NCBI GenBank assembly: GCA_040376695.1
Contig: JBEIQD010000001.1
Span: 283,029 to 316,430, forward strand
DNA: 33,402 bases
Reading direction: 5' to 3'
From: Candidatus Nomurabacteria bacterium
GTDB lineage: Bacteria; Patescibacteriota; Minisyncoccia; Phycocordibacterales; UBA5272
Position numbers and translations under genes: made by a program. The notes under the pieces are model-generated. The model was not told the origin of the DNA and did no database searches. It saw nothing but the letters and a program-made list of their open reading frames with translations. Below are positions 30,288 through 33,402 of the stretch, one piece after another (the first letter of the stretch is position 1; each line of letters opens with the position of its first letter).

Positions 30288-30859
30288 AGGTGCCGAACTG
30301 TGCCGTCGATATGAACTCTTAGGCACAACTAGCCTGTTATCCCCGTGGTAGCTTCTATCCGTTAATCTGCTCCGGCGTCTAAAGCCAAGAGTAGGTTCAC
30401 TAGGACCCACTTTCGTGTCTGCTCGACATGCCCGTCTTACAGTCAAGCCATCTTATGCCCTTACGCTATCGGCACGGTTTCCATTCGCGCCTAGATGACC
30501 TTAATATACTCCTCCGTTACCTTTTAGGAGGAAACCGCCCCAGTTAAACTCCCCACCAGATACTGTCTGCGAACGTTTTTTCCGTTCACGTTAGAGTATG
30601 CCCAATTACAGATGACTATTTCACTGTCGAGTAGAGTACAGCCGAAACCATACACATCAAACCTCTCGTCACTATGCTACGCAGTAATTGAACATACTCA
30701 ATATCAAGCTAGAGTAAAGCTCACGGGGTCTTTTCGTCTATCTGCAGGTAACCGGCATCTTCACCGGTACTGTATTTTCACCGAGCTACTCCCTGAGACA
30801 GTTCCCCAGTCGTTACGCCATTCGTGCACGTCTGAACTTACCAGACAAGGAATTTCGCT

Positions 30860-31089
<230 letters not shown>

Positions 31090-31235
31090 GACGGGGGCTT
31101 ATATCATCCAGCACCGAAGCACCGCTGATATTTAACCTTCCCGCATTGGTCAGGCGTCACCTCCTATACATCCACTTACGTGTTCGCAGGAAGCTGTGTT
31201 TTTGGTAAACAGTCGCTAGGGAAACTTTCGCTGCG

Positions 31236-31398
31236 GCCCCCATCACTTTACTTTCAAAGTAATGTTGGACATAGAGAATCATTTCCATCACACTATCTTA
31301 CCCGTATATCTAGCTCTAGATATACGGGTTTCATTTTGTCTCAATTTCATCTAATTCTCTAGGACCATCCTTTTGTTTAAAAACAAAGTGATGGGGGC
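31236..31398 (-). other. Expanded 23S helix 63 / IVS-like insertion
   Basis: 14-bp closing stem GCCCCCATCACTTT/AAAGTGATGGGGGC enclosing about 135 AT-rich nt with an internal 14-bp hairpin (31300-31329). Confidence 0.8.
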
Positions 31399-31525
31399 AG
31401 GCCTTATCGCTAACTTACGGCCGCTTTTTTGCCTAGTTCCTTAGGGAGAATTCACTCGTTCGCCTTAGTCTACTCGACTCGAATACCTGTGTCGGTTTGC
31501 GGTACGGATTAATAGTAACTTAAGC

Positions 31526-31580
31526 ATCTATGTGTACCTTATTACTAAGACACACATAGACGTTCTGTATTCACAGAATG
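31526..31580 (-). other. About 55-nt two-hairpin expansion segment in 23S domain III (near E. coli 1580)
   Basis: Extra sequence between conserved GGTACG...AAGC and TAGAG.CTTTTC..GGAAGC; stems TCTATGTGT/ACACATAGA and TTCTG/CAGAA. Confidence 0.7.
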
Positions 31581-33349
31581 TAGAGACTTTTCTCGGAAGC
31601 GTGCTTTATAAAGTTGAATCAGGTTGCCCATCATCTTCATACAGTGCTTGGAGTGGTATTAAAACCAGTTGCGTGGATTTCCCTGCGCATCACCCTTACA
31701 CAATAAACGTCAATCCAATAAGACGCTTTATATACTACACTCCGTCATCCCATCACATTACTACCAAGTCAAGGAATATTAACCTTGTGTCCATCGGATC
31801 CGGCGATAGCCATCTCCTTAGGCCCGACTAACCCTTCGCTGACAATCATTGCAAAGGAAACCTTATTCTTTCGGCGGGAGGGGATCTCACCCTCCTTGCG
31901 GTTACTTGTGCCAACATTCGTACTTCCACACGCTCCACTATGGGTTACCCCTTTAGCTTCAACGCAGAGTGGAACACTCTCCTACCGCTCATACATAAAT
32001 GTATAAACCCTCAGTTTCGGTGATATATTTGAGCCCCGATTATTTATGGCGCAGAGTCTCTCGATGGGTGAGCTGTTACGCTTTCTTTCAATGATGGCTG
32101 CTTCTAAGCCAACATCCTCATTGTCAATGAAACTCCACCTCCTCGCTTACACTTAATATATACTTAGGGACCTTAACTTGAGATCTGGGCTGTTTCCCTT
32201 TTGACCGACGGAGCTTCGCCCCCGTGGTCTTACTGCTGTATTTTTAACTCTTGGTATTCGGAGTTTGATAGGTGTTGCCGTATTGCTACTAGTCAAAACC
32301 TTCCAGTGCTCTACCCCCAAGAGGAACACACAACGCTAGTCCTAAAACTATTTCGGAGAGAACCAGCTATTACCGAATTCGATTAGCTTTTCACTCCTTA
32401 CCACAAGTCATCCAAAGGAGTCGTACAACCTACTGGTTCGGGCCTCCATACATCTTTCGATGTACTTCACCCTGCTCATGGTAAGCTCATTCGGCTTCGG
32501 GTCTGTAAGCTACTACAATTTGTTTCGCGCTATTCACACTTGCTTTCGCTATGGCTCCGTGACTTTATACCACTTAGCCTGCAGTAACCTACAACTCGTT
32601 GGCTCATTCTTCAATAGGCACGCAGTCGAGGTATAAATACCTCTTCTACTCTTTGTAAACATACGGTTTCAGTTCTATTTCACTCCCCTTCCGGGGTTCT
32701 TTTCACCTTTCCCTCGCGGTACTGTTTCTCTATCGGTCACACGGGAATATTTAGCCTTACCTCGTGGTCGAGGCAGATTCACACGGGATTTCACGTGCCC
32801 CATGCTACTCGGGATGCAGTTAAGCTGGTGCCTTTTTCGACTACAGGACTTTCACCTTCTCTGGTGCGGTTTTCAGCCGCTTCGTCTAAATTTCCCAGTC
32901 TTTTGTCACTGTCCCACGACCCCAAGTTCCGGAGAACTTGGTTTAGGCTGTTCCCTTTTCGCTCGCCGCTACTGGGGGAATCGCTGTTGCTTTCTTTTCC
33001 TCTGGCTACTAAGATGTTTCAGTTAACCAGGTTCGCTCGCTCCACCCTATTGATTCAGGTGGTCGTGTTTATGGTTGCCCCATTCGGATATCTTCGGATC
33101 GATGCTTGCTTCCCGCTCCCCGAAGCGTTTCGTCGGTAACTACGTCCTTCTTCGCTTCCGTGTGCCTAGGTATCCACCGTTAGCCCTTATTAGCTTGACC
33201 TTGCGGTCTTCTTTTTTGGCTTTTTCACCTAGCTCTATGCAGTTTTCAAGGTTCCTCTGGACTCTTTACTCAGAGCCAGCATTCTCTCTTATATATAGAT
33301 AAGATAAGGTGCTGATTCCTCGCTTCTTTGTTTTTGCCACCTGTGCAGG

Positions 33350-33402
33350 TGGGCCATCCTGGACTCGAACCAGGGACCTCACCCTTATCAGGGGTGCGCT
33401 CT
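33350..33402 (-). tRNA. tRNA-Ile(GAT), 5' part outside window (rRNA spacer tRNA)
   Basis: AGAGCGCACCC-CTGATAA-GGGTGAGGTCCCTGGTTCGAGTCCAGGATGGCCCA. Confidence 0.95.

Overview
Chromosomal segment of a small-genome bacterium, most likely Patescibacteria/CPR (Parcubacteria-like). This is inferred from streamlined translation proteins, intron-bearing 23S rRNA, a coiled-coil/lytic transglycosylase and many SD-less genes; it uses the standard genetic code. Most genes are on the minus strand. They include translation genes (thrS, pheS, pheT, tsf, rpsB, prfA, rpmE, rplY), gyrB, lemA-htpX, an ABC-2 exporter, envelope/glycan genes (GT2, GT4, a polyprenyl-phosphate sugar transferase, an epimerase, rodA), three tRNAs (Ser, Thr, partial Ile) and the distal part of an rRNA operon (23S, 5S). 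The most striking feature is PheT, which carries an apparently intact ~140-aa NlpC/P60 (C40) cysteine-peptidase domain inserted in its B5 domain. It sits in a tightly coupled operon: pheS - DUF3298/RsiV-like - pheT::NlpC/P60 - C39-like peptidase. The 23S gene has four insertions: a canonical ORF-less group I intron at L2500, a very small atypical 198-nt intron-like element at L1931, and two structured expansion segments. An array of orphan monocistronic mini-cassettes with full promoter, SD and terminator contrasts with housekeeping genes that look leaderless. All calls come from reading the sequence and recognising motifs; no database searches were run.
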